From: a virus
Lineage: Duplodnaviria > Heunggongvirae > Uroviricota > Caudoviricetes
Direction: 5' to 3' (one strand)
Length of the DNA stretch: 33,568 nt
Virus record (IMG/VR): IMGVR_UViG_2534681672_000004
A program made the translations under genes and the position numbers. How positions within the stretch are numbered: position 1 is the first letter of the stretch; each line of letters starts with the position of its first letter. The notes below the pieces were generated by a model that worked only from the letters and a program-made list of their open reading frames with translations, did not search any database and was not told the DNA's origin. This document shows, one piece after another, positions 9,549 through 18,177 of the stretch.

Positions 9549-10508
9549 TTAACAGCCTAACGCTAAAAATGAAGCGCCGAGGCCAGGAGTACTGGCTCTG
9601 GATATAAATTTAACCGGGTCGGGACTAAAACCTGCACAGGCAATATAACCAACAGCCCCGCTATCTGGTGTGTAGTCTTGTGAGACCAAAACACGCAGAC
9701 ATCTGTTTGGAAATGCAATCGGGAAATGGGTTACTATATCCTGTGCAATGCCTGGTGCGCCGATTGAGCCCCACTGAAGAATAAAACCTGATGGTAATTT
9801 TTGATATCCAGTACCTGAAACAGAAAGCGTGAAGCTACCCATATCAGGTATCTGATTTGCCCCTGTCCCTACATTCCTTTTAGCCGCTTCTCCTAAACCA
9901 AGGTTTTTGAGAACCTCAGCAACCAATCCGGCGTCGGCCATTTCTTTTAGTGCGTTCGCAATCAGCGGGTATTGCTTATGCGGGTTAGCCTTTGCCTCAT
10001 GATCTTTCATGAGTTTGTCGGCGTAGCTCTTCACCTCGATGACTGCATCGTCGACATATTTACGGGTTGCCAGCACGACTGACGGGTCGATTTTTAAGGT
10101 GATCGCCGAAGTGCTCGAGACAACGAGAATCATGCGAATGGTCTGCGTTCGGCCGCTCCCCTCAGCCAGTAACGGTTTATAGGTTTCCGGGCAGTTGGCG
10201 ACAGCAATCAGGATACCTTCATCATCGTAAAGACCGATTTCGCGGATAAAGAAACCGCCCTCGTTTTCCGGGATGATCTGCTCGGCAATAATCTGACCGG
10301 TGTCGTTAGCATCTACTGCCAGTGAATTTAGCAGCTCGCGGCGACGCTCGTTAATGAGCTTTGTCTGAGCCGGGTCAGGTGTCGGCAGTGTGCCGTTTCC
10401 GTCCCCGACGGCCATTTGTGTAATATTCAGTTTAGTACCGAGTGCGGTCGCGTTTGCCAGTCGCGCCGCGCCCTGATGGGTCAGAATGGCAAAATATTTA
10501 GTCGTCAT
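9549..10508 (-). CDS. H: Tail fibre protein gpH (constant N-terminal part plus currently expressed variable C-terminus)
   Basis: N-terminus [22 protein letters not shown]...MAVGDGNG...[18 protein letters not shown]...AEGSG matches the conserved P2 H / Mu S N-terminal region; the hix site lies inside the ORF at 9888-9913. Confidence 0.85.
   Translation of the reverse strand: MTTKYFAILTHQGAARLANATALGTKLNITQMAVGDGNGTLPTPDPAQTKLINERRRELLNSLAVDANDTGQIIAEQIIPENEGGFFIREIGLYDDEGILIAVANCPETYKPLLAEGSGRTQTIRMILVVSSTSAITLKIDPSVVLATRKYVDDAVIEVKSYADKLMKDHEAKANPHKQYPLIANALKEMADAGLVAEVLKNLGLGEAAKRNVGTGANQIPDMGSFTLSVSGTGYQKLPSGFILQWGSIGAPGIAQDIVTHFPIAFPNRCLRVLVSQDYTPDSGAVGYIACAGFSPDPVKFISRASTPGLGASFLALGC
9888..9913. 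other. hix/gix-like 26-bp recombination site (right boundary, inside gene H)
   Basis: TTCTCCTAAACC-AA-GGTTTTTGAGAA; very close to the Salmonella hix site as I recall it (TTCTTGAAAACCAAGGTTTTTGATAA). Confidence 0.8.
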
Positions 10509-11116
10509 GCGCTTACTCGCAGGTTATCAATCAGATGAATGGCCGAAGCCGGACAAAACTCACCACCGACGACAATCTCCCCGGAGGCATAGGGATATAC
10601 GGTTAACAGGTCGCCGTCGTAGCAGCTTGCGCCCACATAAGCGCGCCCGGTGGTGCTCAGGCTGATAGCGAGCCCGGTCAGGTGTCGGCTTGCCGGTTTT
10701 GCCCCTTCAATAAGGCGCTCGAGCTCGAGATACATCTCATCGGTGATGCCGGTCTCGAGTACGCCAACCACAAGCCGGAAAGTTCCCGGCTCTTCGTTGA
10801 GCTCCCACCACTCTTTAACCTCAATCAGATAGCCCAGCGGCTCCACCACGCGCCGTAATGCGGCGATGGTGCCTTTGTGGGCATGAACATAAAATGCGGA
10901 GGCGATAACGCTGCGTTTTGTGGCCTCCGGCCATCTCTCATCCCACCGGTCAACCGAAAATGCCCACGCCAGATACGGCAGCAGCCGCACCGGGCAAGTG
11001 CGCCAGTTCCACAACGTGCGAAGCGGTACCGGCACACGCTCAATATCTGCGGCCGCGCGGGCGGCGGCGACCTCGAGCAGCGATGAGCCAACAGGCAACA
11101 GTCGCTTATTACTCAT
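10505..11116 (-). CDS. I: Baseplate protein gpI
   Basis: Start taken at internal ATG 11116 ([12 protein letters not shown]...), directly after the J stop; position between J and H as in P2. Confidence 0.8.
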   Translation of the reverse strand: MSNKRLLPVGSSLLEVAAARAAADIERVPVPLRTLWNWRTCPVRLLPYLAWAFSVDRWDERWPEATKRSVIASAFYVHAHKGTIAALRRVVEPLGYLIEVKEWWELNEEPGTFRLVVGVLETGITDEMYLELERLIEGAKPASRHLTGLAISLSTTGRAYVGASCYDGDLLTVYPYASGEIVVGGEFCPASAIHLIDNLRVSA

Positions 11117-12017
11117 CGGCCCCCCCGTCAGCGATGTGGTATTCGGTGCAACAGGATGCCTGGTATTTACTGAGCACAATGTCAGCCAGTGGCGCGGCGA
11201 GTTCGACACGCTGCACACCTTCGACATGCAGGGCGGCATAGATGGCCGACTGACGAATGTCCCGGCCCAGTCGCTGCTGTGCGCTGATGTATGCCTTCAG
11301 TTTTTCCTCTGCGGCCTGACGGATTGGCTCGGCCTCCGGCCCCGGATAAAAATACAGAGTTGCATCAATCTGATACGGCACGATTTCAGCACTCTGCACC
11401 GTCACCCTGTCGCCAACCGGGCGCACCTCTTCAGCATTTAGTGCTTTTTCAACGATGGTCAGAAGCTCATCGGATGCGGTGCCGTCATCCTCGCGTGACA
11501 GCACGGTGATGGTCACACAGGCCGGTGACGGGCTGACAACCGAGATATCAGCGACCCGACCGTCGGCGCTGCGACCGTGGTATTCATATGCGCCGACCGG
11601 ACCAGCCACGCTGAGCCCTTCATAAGCCTGTTGTGCGCGTAACCGTAAATCGGTATCAGATTCCATGACGGCGGGTGTCGGCGGGATAGTGCTGTCATCG
11701 GCGGGCGTCACAATCTGTCGCGCGGTGTTGTTGTTTCCGGCCATCACATCAAGGTCGTTATTACTCGCATAAGCCAGTGTGCAGCCTTTCGCCGCATCGT
11801 TTACACGCTGACGCCAGATAACCTCCCGATAGGCGTTTTCCTCCAGATACTTCACCAGTGGCTCAGACTCAAGGGCGAGAGTACGCGCAACAGCGTCCTG
11901 TTGTTCTTCAGGGTAAAGCGAGACCAGCGTCGCTTTGCGTTCCGCGAGAATAGTCTCAAAATCCAGCGTTTCCACGACGTCAGGCGCGGGGAGCTGGCTC
12001 AGGTCGATGTTTGCCAT
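11109..12017 (-). CDS. J: Baseplate wedge protein gpJ
   Basis: 302-aa ORF between W and I; size and order match P2 J. Confidence 0.85.
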   Translation of the reverse strand: MANIDLSQLPAPDVVETLDFETILAERKATLVSLYPEEQQDAVARTLALESEPLVKYLEENAYREVIWRQRVNDAAKGCTLAYASNNDLDVMAGNNNTARQIVTPADDSTIPPTPAVMESDTDLRLRAQQAYEGLSVAGPVGAYEYHGRSADGRVADISVVSPSPACVTITVLSREDDGTASDELLTIVEKALNAEEVRPVGDRVTVQSAEIVPYQIDATLYFYPGPEAEPIRQAAEEKLKAYISAQQRLGRDIRQSAIYAALHVEGVQRVELAAPLADIVLSKYQASCCTEYHIADGGADE

Positions 12018-12021
12018 AAAT

Positions 12022-12369
12022 TCAACTCACAGGAATAGTCAGTGACAGGGTTTTGCCGGTGTCCCGGGTCTCGCCGGTCAGCTCAACAATCATCTGACCG
12101 TTAAACTGACGTTCTACCGTCAGCGAGCTGATGCTGATGCGCGGCTCCCACTTCAGCAGCGCCATATAACAGGCGCACATAATTTGCAGTCTCAGCGCGT
12201 CGGTCTGCGGCATATCAATCAGGGAGAACAACAGCGAGCCATAATCGCGACGCATCACGCGAGAGCCGACCGGCGTTCGCAAAATATCGCCACAGCTCTG
12301 ACGGATGTGATCGGCGTCAGTGATGGCGCGCCCGGTCTCCCTGTTCATACCGATATAACGGGTCGTCAT
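12022..12369 (-). CDS. W: Baseplate protein gpW
   Basis: 115-aa ORF (P2 W size) between V and J. Confidence 0.85.
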   Translation of the reverse strand: MTTRYIGMNRETGRAITDADHIRQSCGDILRTPVGSRVMRRDYGSLLFSLIDMPQTDALRLQIMCACYMALLKWEPRISISSLTVERQFNGQMIVELTGETRDTGKTLSLTIPVS

Positions 12370-13007
12370 TTCGTGCCCTCCGTCCAGGCTCCACCTCTTT
12401 GCACACCGCCGTGACCGTGGCTGTCGACCTGAACGCCGTTGGATTTAAACGTACCGTCGGTGTGTTCGATGTTTCCGCGCATGGTGCCGCCTTGTTGTAC
12501 CTCAAGCGTCGCCGTCGTCAGTTTGTTGGTGCAGACCACTTCCGGTGTATCGAGGGTGATGCGGGTCTCGGCTTTCACCGTCACCAGCGGTACCGTCGCG
12601 GTGATGGAATCCGACGCCGTAACGTCTGCGGTTTTAATGCCGCTCACGGTCAGCGCGCCGGTCTCCGGCTCGTACTCGATAACAGCCCCATCAGGAAAGG
12701 TGATGTGAAAAGCATCAGCCGACGCCGACGGCGCGGGGTGGTCATCCGAAAAAATGCCGGGCAGCACAAAAGCGGTGTCGAGTTCACCACCCACGGCCAG
12801 CAGTAAAACCTGCTCGCCCACAGACGGAGCCCACCAGACACGTGAACGACCGGCGCGTGTGGTCAGCCACTGAAGCCAGTCGGTAACAATGCCGCCAGTC
12901 TGGACGCGACAGCGCCCGTCATCGAGGTCAACTTCGACGACGACGCCGGTACGTATCAGGTTGCGAAGGAGGCGTAAAGCGTCCTGAAGAGTTGCGCGAG
13001 TATTCAT
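12366..13007 (-). CDS. V: Baseplate spike/hub protein gpV
   Basis: Start at internal ATG 13007 (MNTRATLQDALRLLRNLIRTGVVVEVDLDDGRCRVQTGG...), which closely parallels the P2 gpV N-terminus as recalled. Confidence 0.85.
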   Translation of the reverse strand: MNTRATLQDALRLLRNLIRTGVVVEVDLDDGRCRVQTGGIVTDWLQWLTTRAGRSRVWWAPSVGEQVLLLAVGGELDTAFVLPGIFSDDHPAPSASADAFHITFPDGAVIEYEPETGALTVSGIKTADVTASDSITATVPLVTVKAETRITLDTPEVVCTNKLTTATLEVQQGGTMRGNIEHTDGTFKSNGVQVDSHGHGGVQRGGAWTEGTK

Positions 13008-13083
13008 ACAAGGAAGGATGCCGCCCGGTGCTCTGGACGGCAATTAATGCGGGTTTTACCAGATATGGCACAACATACAAAAA

Positions 13084-14427
13084 CTAGCTTGGGGTAACTG
13101 TAACCTGACGAGAAAAAACAACAGGCTCCTTCAATTGCTCACATATAATTTTAAAATTAATAACTCCAGAGCCAATCGTTAAGGGAATGATGACTATTTC
13201 CTCATACTCAACAGTTAAGCTCTGTAACACTTTTTTCGCACGCAACGTGATTTTATGGTCCTCTTTCATGACCCACTCATCTTGGTTAACTGTTCCTAAA
13301 TCAGCCATCCGTTTAATTATTGCTGGCACTTCGAAATGAGGTTTAGCCATTACCATCGATGTATCATCAAAAATACCCATCCTAAAATTTTCGAGTGACA
13401 TTATAGCACTGAGTCTTTTTTTATGCTTACTTATTGGGGACTCAGGGATTTTTAATTTCGGCTCTTTTATAAATAAGTCTTCATTAGAACCTTTAAGCAC
13501 TATTAGGAATTCAGGAAAATCAATCTCAACATAAACATTTGACGCAAAAGTCCTCCCATTATTTCTTAAAACGGGCTTCACTGTAATTGCATTGTTTTTG
13601 TAATTACAGTGCAATCTCATTTTTTTATTATATAAATCCACATCTTTATCAGTAGGCAGTGAAGAGTTATATGATTCAATCTCATCAATGGTGATAGTGT
13701 CCTTCAACTCAAGAGGTACCGCTTCCTTGCATAGTTGTGGAAGGTAATCCTGATAAGTCGACTCCACATCCACCGTCAAAGCTAAGTCATTATCAATCAT
13801 GCTCAGCTCTAATTGAGGTGCATCGCTATGTAATTGGCTTTCATATTCGCGGACTTTTTCCCTTAATTTTCTATTTTCATTAGATAGCTCAGCCAACTCG
13901 GCGGTAATCTCTTTAGATGCGACCTGGTCACCGCGCACCCATCCTATTCGTGGATTTCGTCGCATTACTTTTGGTAAGGCGATAGCAACCTTCGTCGCTA
14001 ACTCATCAATTGTCTCCCAAAAATCACACATTTTGTTAGCTTTAGCTTTTTCAATAAAAGCATTTAGTTGCTTTTCTTTTTGAGGGTCACTTTCTCGTTC
14101 ATGTGGTTTTGTTAAAACGTCCCTCCCTCTAATAAAAGCCAACACCGGTATATTTAATGATTTAGCATAGTTATATTCCATTTCAGTATAGCTAATACCA
14201 TCTTTAGAAACGGACCCATACTTATGCCCAATGATAATCACATAATAATCACTAGCATCAATAGTCTCCTTTATTATATCCCACTGCTCAGAGTCATCAG
14301 CGCTAAACATCTCCATGCCAACTGGAAAGTGGTATAAACTAAGGACCGTTTCTATGATTTTTTTGCGAGCATCAATTAAATCGACGTATGTAGAGCTCAC
14401 AAATACTTGATATTTTTTATTTTCCAT
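13084..14427 (-). CDS. AT-rich cargo protein with N-terminal DUF4062-like (TIR/SLOG-like Rossmann) motif, central coiled coil and uncharacterised C-terminal domain; candidate anti-phage/accessory gene
   Basis: Start at ATG 14427 (MENKKYQVFVSSTYVDLIDARKK...) with GAGGA RBS. The VF-SST..DL...R and YYVIIIGHKYG motifs match my recollection of DUF4062. Inserted between S and V, which are adjacent in P2; strongly AT-rich by eye. Confidence 0.65.
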   Translation of the reverse strand: MENKKYQVFVSSTYVDLIDARKKIIETVLSLYHFPVGMEMFSADDSEQWDIIKETIDASDYYVIIIGHKYGSVSKDGISYTEMEYNYAKSLNIPVLAFIRGRDVLTKPHERESDPQKEKQLNAFIEKAKANKMCDFWETIDELATKVAIALPKVMRRNPRIGWVRGDQVASKEITAELAELSNENRKLREKVREYESQLHSDAPQLELSMIDNDLALTVDVESTYQDYLPQLCKEAVPLELKDTITIDEIESYNSSLPTDKDVDLYNKKMRLHCNYKNNAITVKPVLRNNGRTFASNVYVEIDFPEFLIVLKGSNEDLFIKEPKLKIPESPISKHKKRLSAIMSLENFRMGIFDDTSMVMAKPHFEVPAIIKRMADLGTVNQDEWVMKEDHKITLRAKKVLQSLTVEYEEIVIIPLTIGSGVINFKIICEQLKEPVVFSRQVTVTPS

Positions 14428-14464
14428 AACATCCTCACTTGTATAGAAAATAAAATACATAAAA

Positions 14465-14932
14465 TCAATCAATAGATCTAGCCGCCTCAGCTAAAGAAAC
14501 CATAATTATGTCATGAATCATATTTTTTGATTCATGATCAAACCCGATAAGCATTCGGGCGTCATACTGTACCGGCGCACTGTTTCGCCCAGGCTTATCT
14601 TTGAGACCGTACTGATGCACATTCGCCATCCGTTGTACCTTGCCGGTAAATTCCACGACCGCCGAGTCATTCCCCGCTGTGGCTTTCATAAAGCGACTGG
14701 TGCGGAGCTTAGCGAACATTTCCCGCTTAACCCGGCCTGTTTTGGCTTTTACCGGCTGGCGTTTTCGGGCGGCGTAAGGTGTCCCGTCCGGGGCTTTCTG
14801 CATTTTAATCCGGCGCTGTTGACGGGCTCGCAGGGTCTTAGCGATATCTGCGGCCATTCTGCGACGGGCGGCAGGAGACAGCGCTGCTATCAGCCCCGTG
14901 AGCGTATCGTCAAAGGGTTTAAAGTCATTCAT
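14465..14932 (-). CDS. S: Tail completion protein gpS
   Basis: 155-aa ORF following R; size and order match P2 S. Confidence 0.85.
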   Translation of the reverse strand: MNDFKPFDDTLTGLIAALSPAARRRMAADIAKTLRARQQRRIKMQKAPDGTPYAARKRQPVKAKTGRVKREMFAKLRTSRFMKATAGNDSAVVEFTGKVQRMANVHQYGLKDKPGRNSAPVQYDARMLIGFDHESKNMIHDIIMVSLAEAARSID

Positions 14933-15392
14933 GCAATCGACTCACGAGCTCACCGTTAACATACAGCTCAACTGGCCGGGTAACGGGCTCCGGCGGCTGC
15001 GGCTCTTCAGCCTGTTCAACGTGAAGCTTATCCCCCTGTTCTTTAACGATAGTGCGCTCGGTCAGCATCAGACTGATACTGATATCGACGCTGTCGTTGT
15101 CGTTGATATCGGCAAAATAGGTGAATCCCTTTTTACGCCCTTCATCGGTCGTCATAATGTCAGCCTGATGTATGCGTAGCCACGCCTGAATCGGGACGAG
15201 TAACAGCTCGATATCATCCGTGAAATCGGTCACCACCACATTCAGCGTGTACCGGTTCTCAAACGACAGCGACGTCGCCAGCGTCGAGGCCAGATTCCCG
15301 TTGTCGATAAAGACACGCATCATATCGGGGTTTCGTGCCAGCACCGGCACGGCGTCAGTTAAGGCTTTTCGCAGACTCTTCGGCTTGTACAT
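14925..15392 (-). CDS. R: Tail completion protein gpR
   Basis: 155-aa ORF (P2 R size) downstream of the lysis cassette. Confidence 0.85.
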   Translation of the reverse strand: MYKPKSLRKALTDAVPVLARNPDMMRVFIDNGNLASTLATSLSFENRYTLNVVVTDFTDDIELLLVPIQAWLRIHQADIMTTDEGRKKGFTYFADINDNDSVDISISLMLTERTIVKEQGDKLHVEQAEEPQPPEPVTRPVELYVNGELVSRLHE

Positions 15393-15645
15393 CGATTTTA
15401 TCCTGACAGTGTTTTATCGTTCTGACCTGAAGCGCACAGCGCTCGAGGGCGCTTTCGAGCTGGCGTATATCCGCGCTCAGGTCGCCATTGGTAGTCGGGT
15501 CACTTCCCGGCATCGGGCAAAGGCTGACCTTCGGACATGCGTTGTAAACAATCACCGGCGTCGGCACAGGCGGCGCGCTGGTGCAACCGGCGCACAGCAT
15601 CAGGTAAATCAGCGCTATACCAGCGGCGAAGCTGTTCATTTTCAT
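15355..15645 (-). CDS. Outer-membrane spanin (o-spanin, LysC/Rz1-like lipoprotein)
   Basis: Start MKMNSFAAGIALIYLMLCAGC... (signal peptide with Cys), proline-rich, GAGG RBS; begins inside the i-spanin gene in another frame and runs past its end (overlapped architecture). Confidence 0.7.
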   Translation of the reverse strand: MKMNSFAAGIALIYLMLCAGCTSAPPVPTPVIVYNACPKVSLCPMPGSDPTTNGDLSADIRQLESALERCALQVRTIKHCQDKIDVQAEESAKSLN

Positions 15646-15913
15646 TGAGTAACCTCGTAATGGTCTGTTCCCGACGCTGTGCCCGCGCTCCGGCATCGAT
15701 GAGCTCACCGCGCAGTAAGACCTGAGCGGTCTCATTTTCCCCACGGATACGGGAGGCCGTTTTAAGCTGGCTTTTCAGCATGGTAATCACCGTTTTTTGG
15801 TCACCGGCGACTTTATTCGCCCGTTCAAAGGAACGGGTCAGACTGGTGTTTTCGTGGCGCATCCAGAGCAGCCCGGCCACGGCCAGCACTAACAACACGA
15901 CTATCGTTTTCAT
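15500..15913 (-). CDS. Inner-membrane spanin (i-spanin, LysB/Rz-like)
   Basis: N-terminal TM helix MKTIVVLLVLAVAGLLW followed by a charged coiled-coil region; immediately downstream of the endolysin. Confidence 0.75.
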   Translation of the reverse strand: MKTIVVLLVLAVAGLLWMRHENTSLTRSFERANKVAGDQKTVITMLKSQLKTASRIRGENETAQVLLRGELIDAGARAQRREQTITRLLNENEQLRRWYSADLPDAVRRLHQRAACADAGDCLQRMSEGQPLPDAGK

Positions 15914-16419
15914 TTCACCCCCTTCAGGCAGTAGGTGCGCTCACGAAAGCGGCGGTTTTCGACCCCGGCATTACGCTCACCATTCACAAACACCCAGCGG
16001 GTGAGCTGGTCACAGGCCTGCCACCATTGCCGGTGTTTCAGGTGATACACCAGCGTCGAGCGACAGGCCGCGCCGGTGCCGACGTTAAAAGCGAAGCTGA
16101 CCAGCGCGTCATAGACGGCGGGTGGCATGTCCACCGGCACACAGACCGCGAGTCGTTTCTCGACGTTCAGCACGTCGGCGACCAGATTCGCGGCGGCTTC
16201 CTTCTCGGTGATATCCCGTTTCGGTACCACCCCGGCAGTGTGGCCGATGCCTGACGTCCACACACCCGCGCTGCACTGGTAAGGACGCAACCGGCACCCC
16301 TCGAGGTCGGCAATCAGCGCGAGCCCTTCCGGCGAGGTGTGAAGCAAACGAAAATCAGGCACCAGTGCCGCCAGCGCCAGCACGACGGCCACACTGCAAC
16401 GTTTAACGAATGAGCCCAC
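15910..16419 (-). CDS. SAR endolysin (phage lysozyme, GH24-like)
   Basis: Proposed GTG start at 16419 gives N-terminal weakly hydrophobic Ala/Gly-rich SAR-like segment (VKRCSVAVVLALAALV) followed by a lysozyme-like region (E...D...T triad context). Overlaps the holin stop. Confidence 0.75.
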   Translation of the reverse strand: MGSFVKRCSVAVVLALAALVPDFRLLHTSPEGLALIADLEGCRLRPYQCSAGVWTSGIGHTAGVVPKRDITEKEAAANLVADVLNVEKRLAVCVPVDMPPAVYDALVSFAFNVGTGAACRSTLVYHLKHRQWWQACDQLTRWVFVNGERNAGVENRRFRERTYCLKGVK

Positions 16420-16624
16420 GAATAACCCCCTTATCAATCCCCATCGAGACGAGATAGCGGTATTTCTTTCGCTGGTACCAGAAGTTAACCAGCGCGGTAA
16501 AAATGGCGCAGCTTCCCCCGACATAAAGCGCGAGCCGTTCCGGCGTCTGCGTACCGAAATACGCCAGCACCACTGACAGCCAGTAGGTCAGAAAGGTTGT
16601 GATTTTATCCACAGTCAGTCCCAT
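16403..16624 (-). CDS. Holin
   Basis: 73-aa protein with two hydrophobic helices and a charged C-terminus; position between X and the endolysin. Confidence 0.7.
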   Translation of the reverse strand: MGLTVDKITTFLTYWLSVVLAYFGTQTPERLALYVGGSCAIFTALVNFWYQRKKYRYLVSMGIDKGVIRGLIR

Positions 16625-16818
16625 AAATTCACGGTCTCCGATACCGGTGCGGTGTCAACTTCAGGCAGACTGACCGCCGTGCCATGTGGCAGGACGACGC
16701 CCAGCTCGGCGAGTCCCGGATTAGCCAGCAATACCGCCTCGACCACACCTTCAGTGCGCCCGTAATGGCGCTGACATAACGTGTCGAGCGTGTCGCCCTG
16801 ATGCGCGAAGATGTTCAT
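16615..16818 (-). CDS. X: Tail protein gpX
   Basis: 67-aa ORF (same length as P2 X) between L and the holin. Confidence 0.75.
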   Translation of the reverse strand: MNIFAHQGDTLDTLCQRHYGRTEGVVEAVLLANPGLAELGVVLPHGTAVSLPEVDTAPVSETVNLWD

Positions 16819-17318
16819 CAGATTTGCCCCACGATGCAGCGCGCTTTGTCCTGGATACGGGCAACCGACCAGCGCATGTCACGCCACATTTCATCGATGG
16901 TGTCATCGATGCTGTCGGCCTTTTTGTCACCTTTGGCGCTCGCATCAACGCCCCGGTAACGCTCGTACAGCGTCGCGGTCGTCATCGAGCAAACAGCGTT
17001 GAAGTAGTGAAAAACCCGCACACTTTCGCCGTCGAGTTCATCCGTCGGCACATCCTCAAGTCGCGCGTAACCGGCGGCGAGCTGAAGGTCGCGCCAGTCG
17101 GTTAACTCGGCGTTGGTCTCCGCCATCGCGGTTTTAATCGCCCGGCGCAGACGCACCGGCGTCACGGTCTGCTCGAGGCGCATTTCTTCGCGCATGCGCT
17201 TCGGATCAACATCCGGGAAAAAGGCCGTGTTTTTAATCACCGGCTCGTCAACCGGCACCGGCGGGATGACCATCGGGTCGCGCTGTTGCGCCGGGTTATT
17301 CATCACAATCATGGTCAT
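16818..17318 (-). CDS. L: Head completion/stabilisation protein gpL
   Basis: 166-aa ORF after M; size and order match P2 L. Confidence 0.85.
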   Translation of the reverse strand: MTMIVMNNPAQQRDPMVIPPVPVDEPVIKNTAFFPDVDPKRMREEMRLEQTVTPVRLRRAIKTAMAETNAELTDWRDLQLAAGYARLEDVPTDELDGESVRVFHYFNAVCSMTTATLYERYRGVDASAKGDKKADSIDDTIDEMWRDMRWSVARIQDKARCIVGQI

Positions 17319-17415
17319 GAGTACCTCAGTAAATAGGTGGGCGGTGGACGCCGGTCGCAGTTACGGTGAATCACCGACATTGACCAGCGTGCCGCCCGGC
17401 GCGGGGCGCGTTCTG

Positions 17416-18174
17416 TTAACCGGTGACTTTCTTCGGGCGTCCCCGCCCTCGTTTCACCGGTGAATCTTGTTTTTTCGCGGGTGCCTTTTTCGCGGCTTTC
17501 GGCGCCGTTTTTTTGACGACGACCGGTTTCGGGTTCAGCTCACGAGTGAGGGTCTCAATGTCCTTTCTTACCCCGGCGTTGGTGTCGAGCTGTAAGGCGC
17601 GTTGCAGGTGCGCCAGTGCATCAGGAAGCTGACCGGCATCACGCAGGGTCAGACCGGTGACCTTATGCAGTCGGGCGCGCACTTCGTCAGGCATATCGGC
17701 GGCATCGGTCAGCCCGATGACCTCGAGCAGTTGCGAAGCGTCGACCGGCTCACCGGCGATACGGGCGCGGAGAGCCGCGAGCGCGACCTCTTCGGCCAGC
17801 ATATAAGGCGCGGGGCGGGAATGATTTTCCGGCATAGACAGGTCAAAACGCAGGGCATAGCGCGCAATCTCGACAGCGCCGGTGATATCCCCCGCATCCA
17901 GACGCCAGAGCATCACCGTCATCAGAATGTCATCCTGTGCGCCGGTGCCGCTTTCCAGTACGCCAGCGACCCACGGCAGGTACAGCGGGAGTAATTCGCG
18001 TTTTTTATCCGCTTTGCGTTCTTTAGAACGAATCGCTGATAGCGTCCGGCGGTCTGCGGCCAGCTTGACGAGCATTTGCTCGTAAGGTGAGGCATGACGC
18101 AGCGGGGCATTGTCCCGCTGCGATGCCCTGACAGCCGAGACCCGCATCGCGTGACGCTGTGCGGGGGTTGCCAT
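17416..18174 (-). CDS. M: Terminase small (endonuclease) subunit gpM
   Basis: 252-aa ORF after N; basic Lys/Ala/Pro-rich C-terminal tail; order as in P2. Confidence 0.85.
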   Translation of the reverse strand: MATPAQRHAMRVSAVRASQRDNAPLRHASPYEQMLVKLAADRRTLSAIRSKERKADKKRELLPLYLPWVAGVLESGTGAQDDILMTVMLWRLDAGDITGAVEIARYALRFDLSMPENHSRPAPYMLAEEVALAALRARIAGEPVDASQLLEVIGLTDAADMPDEVRARLHKVTGLTLRDAGQLPDALAHLQRALQLDTNAGVRKDIETLTRELNPKPVVVKKTAPKAAKKAPAKKQDSPVKRGRGRPKKVTG

Positions 18175-18177
18175 CGG

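Larger units (their letters stand above)
8041..9913. other. Invertible tail-fibre host-range segment (Mu G-segment / P1 C-segment type)
   Basis: Bounded by inverted 26-bp hix-like sites. Contains the current fibre C-terminus, two convergent tail-fibre assembly genes and a promoterless alternative fibre C-terminus; inversion about the core dinucleotides keeps the reading frame (checked by coordinate arithmetic). Confidence 0.8.

Noticed and set aside
10825-11441. Several overlapping 60-173-aa ORFs on both strands in the I/J region
   Set aside because: All overlap the well-supported baseplate genes I and J in alternative frames; Arg/Ala/Pro-rich translations typical of GC-rich antisense frames.
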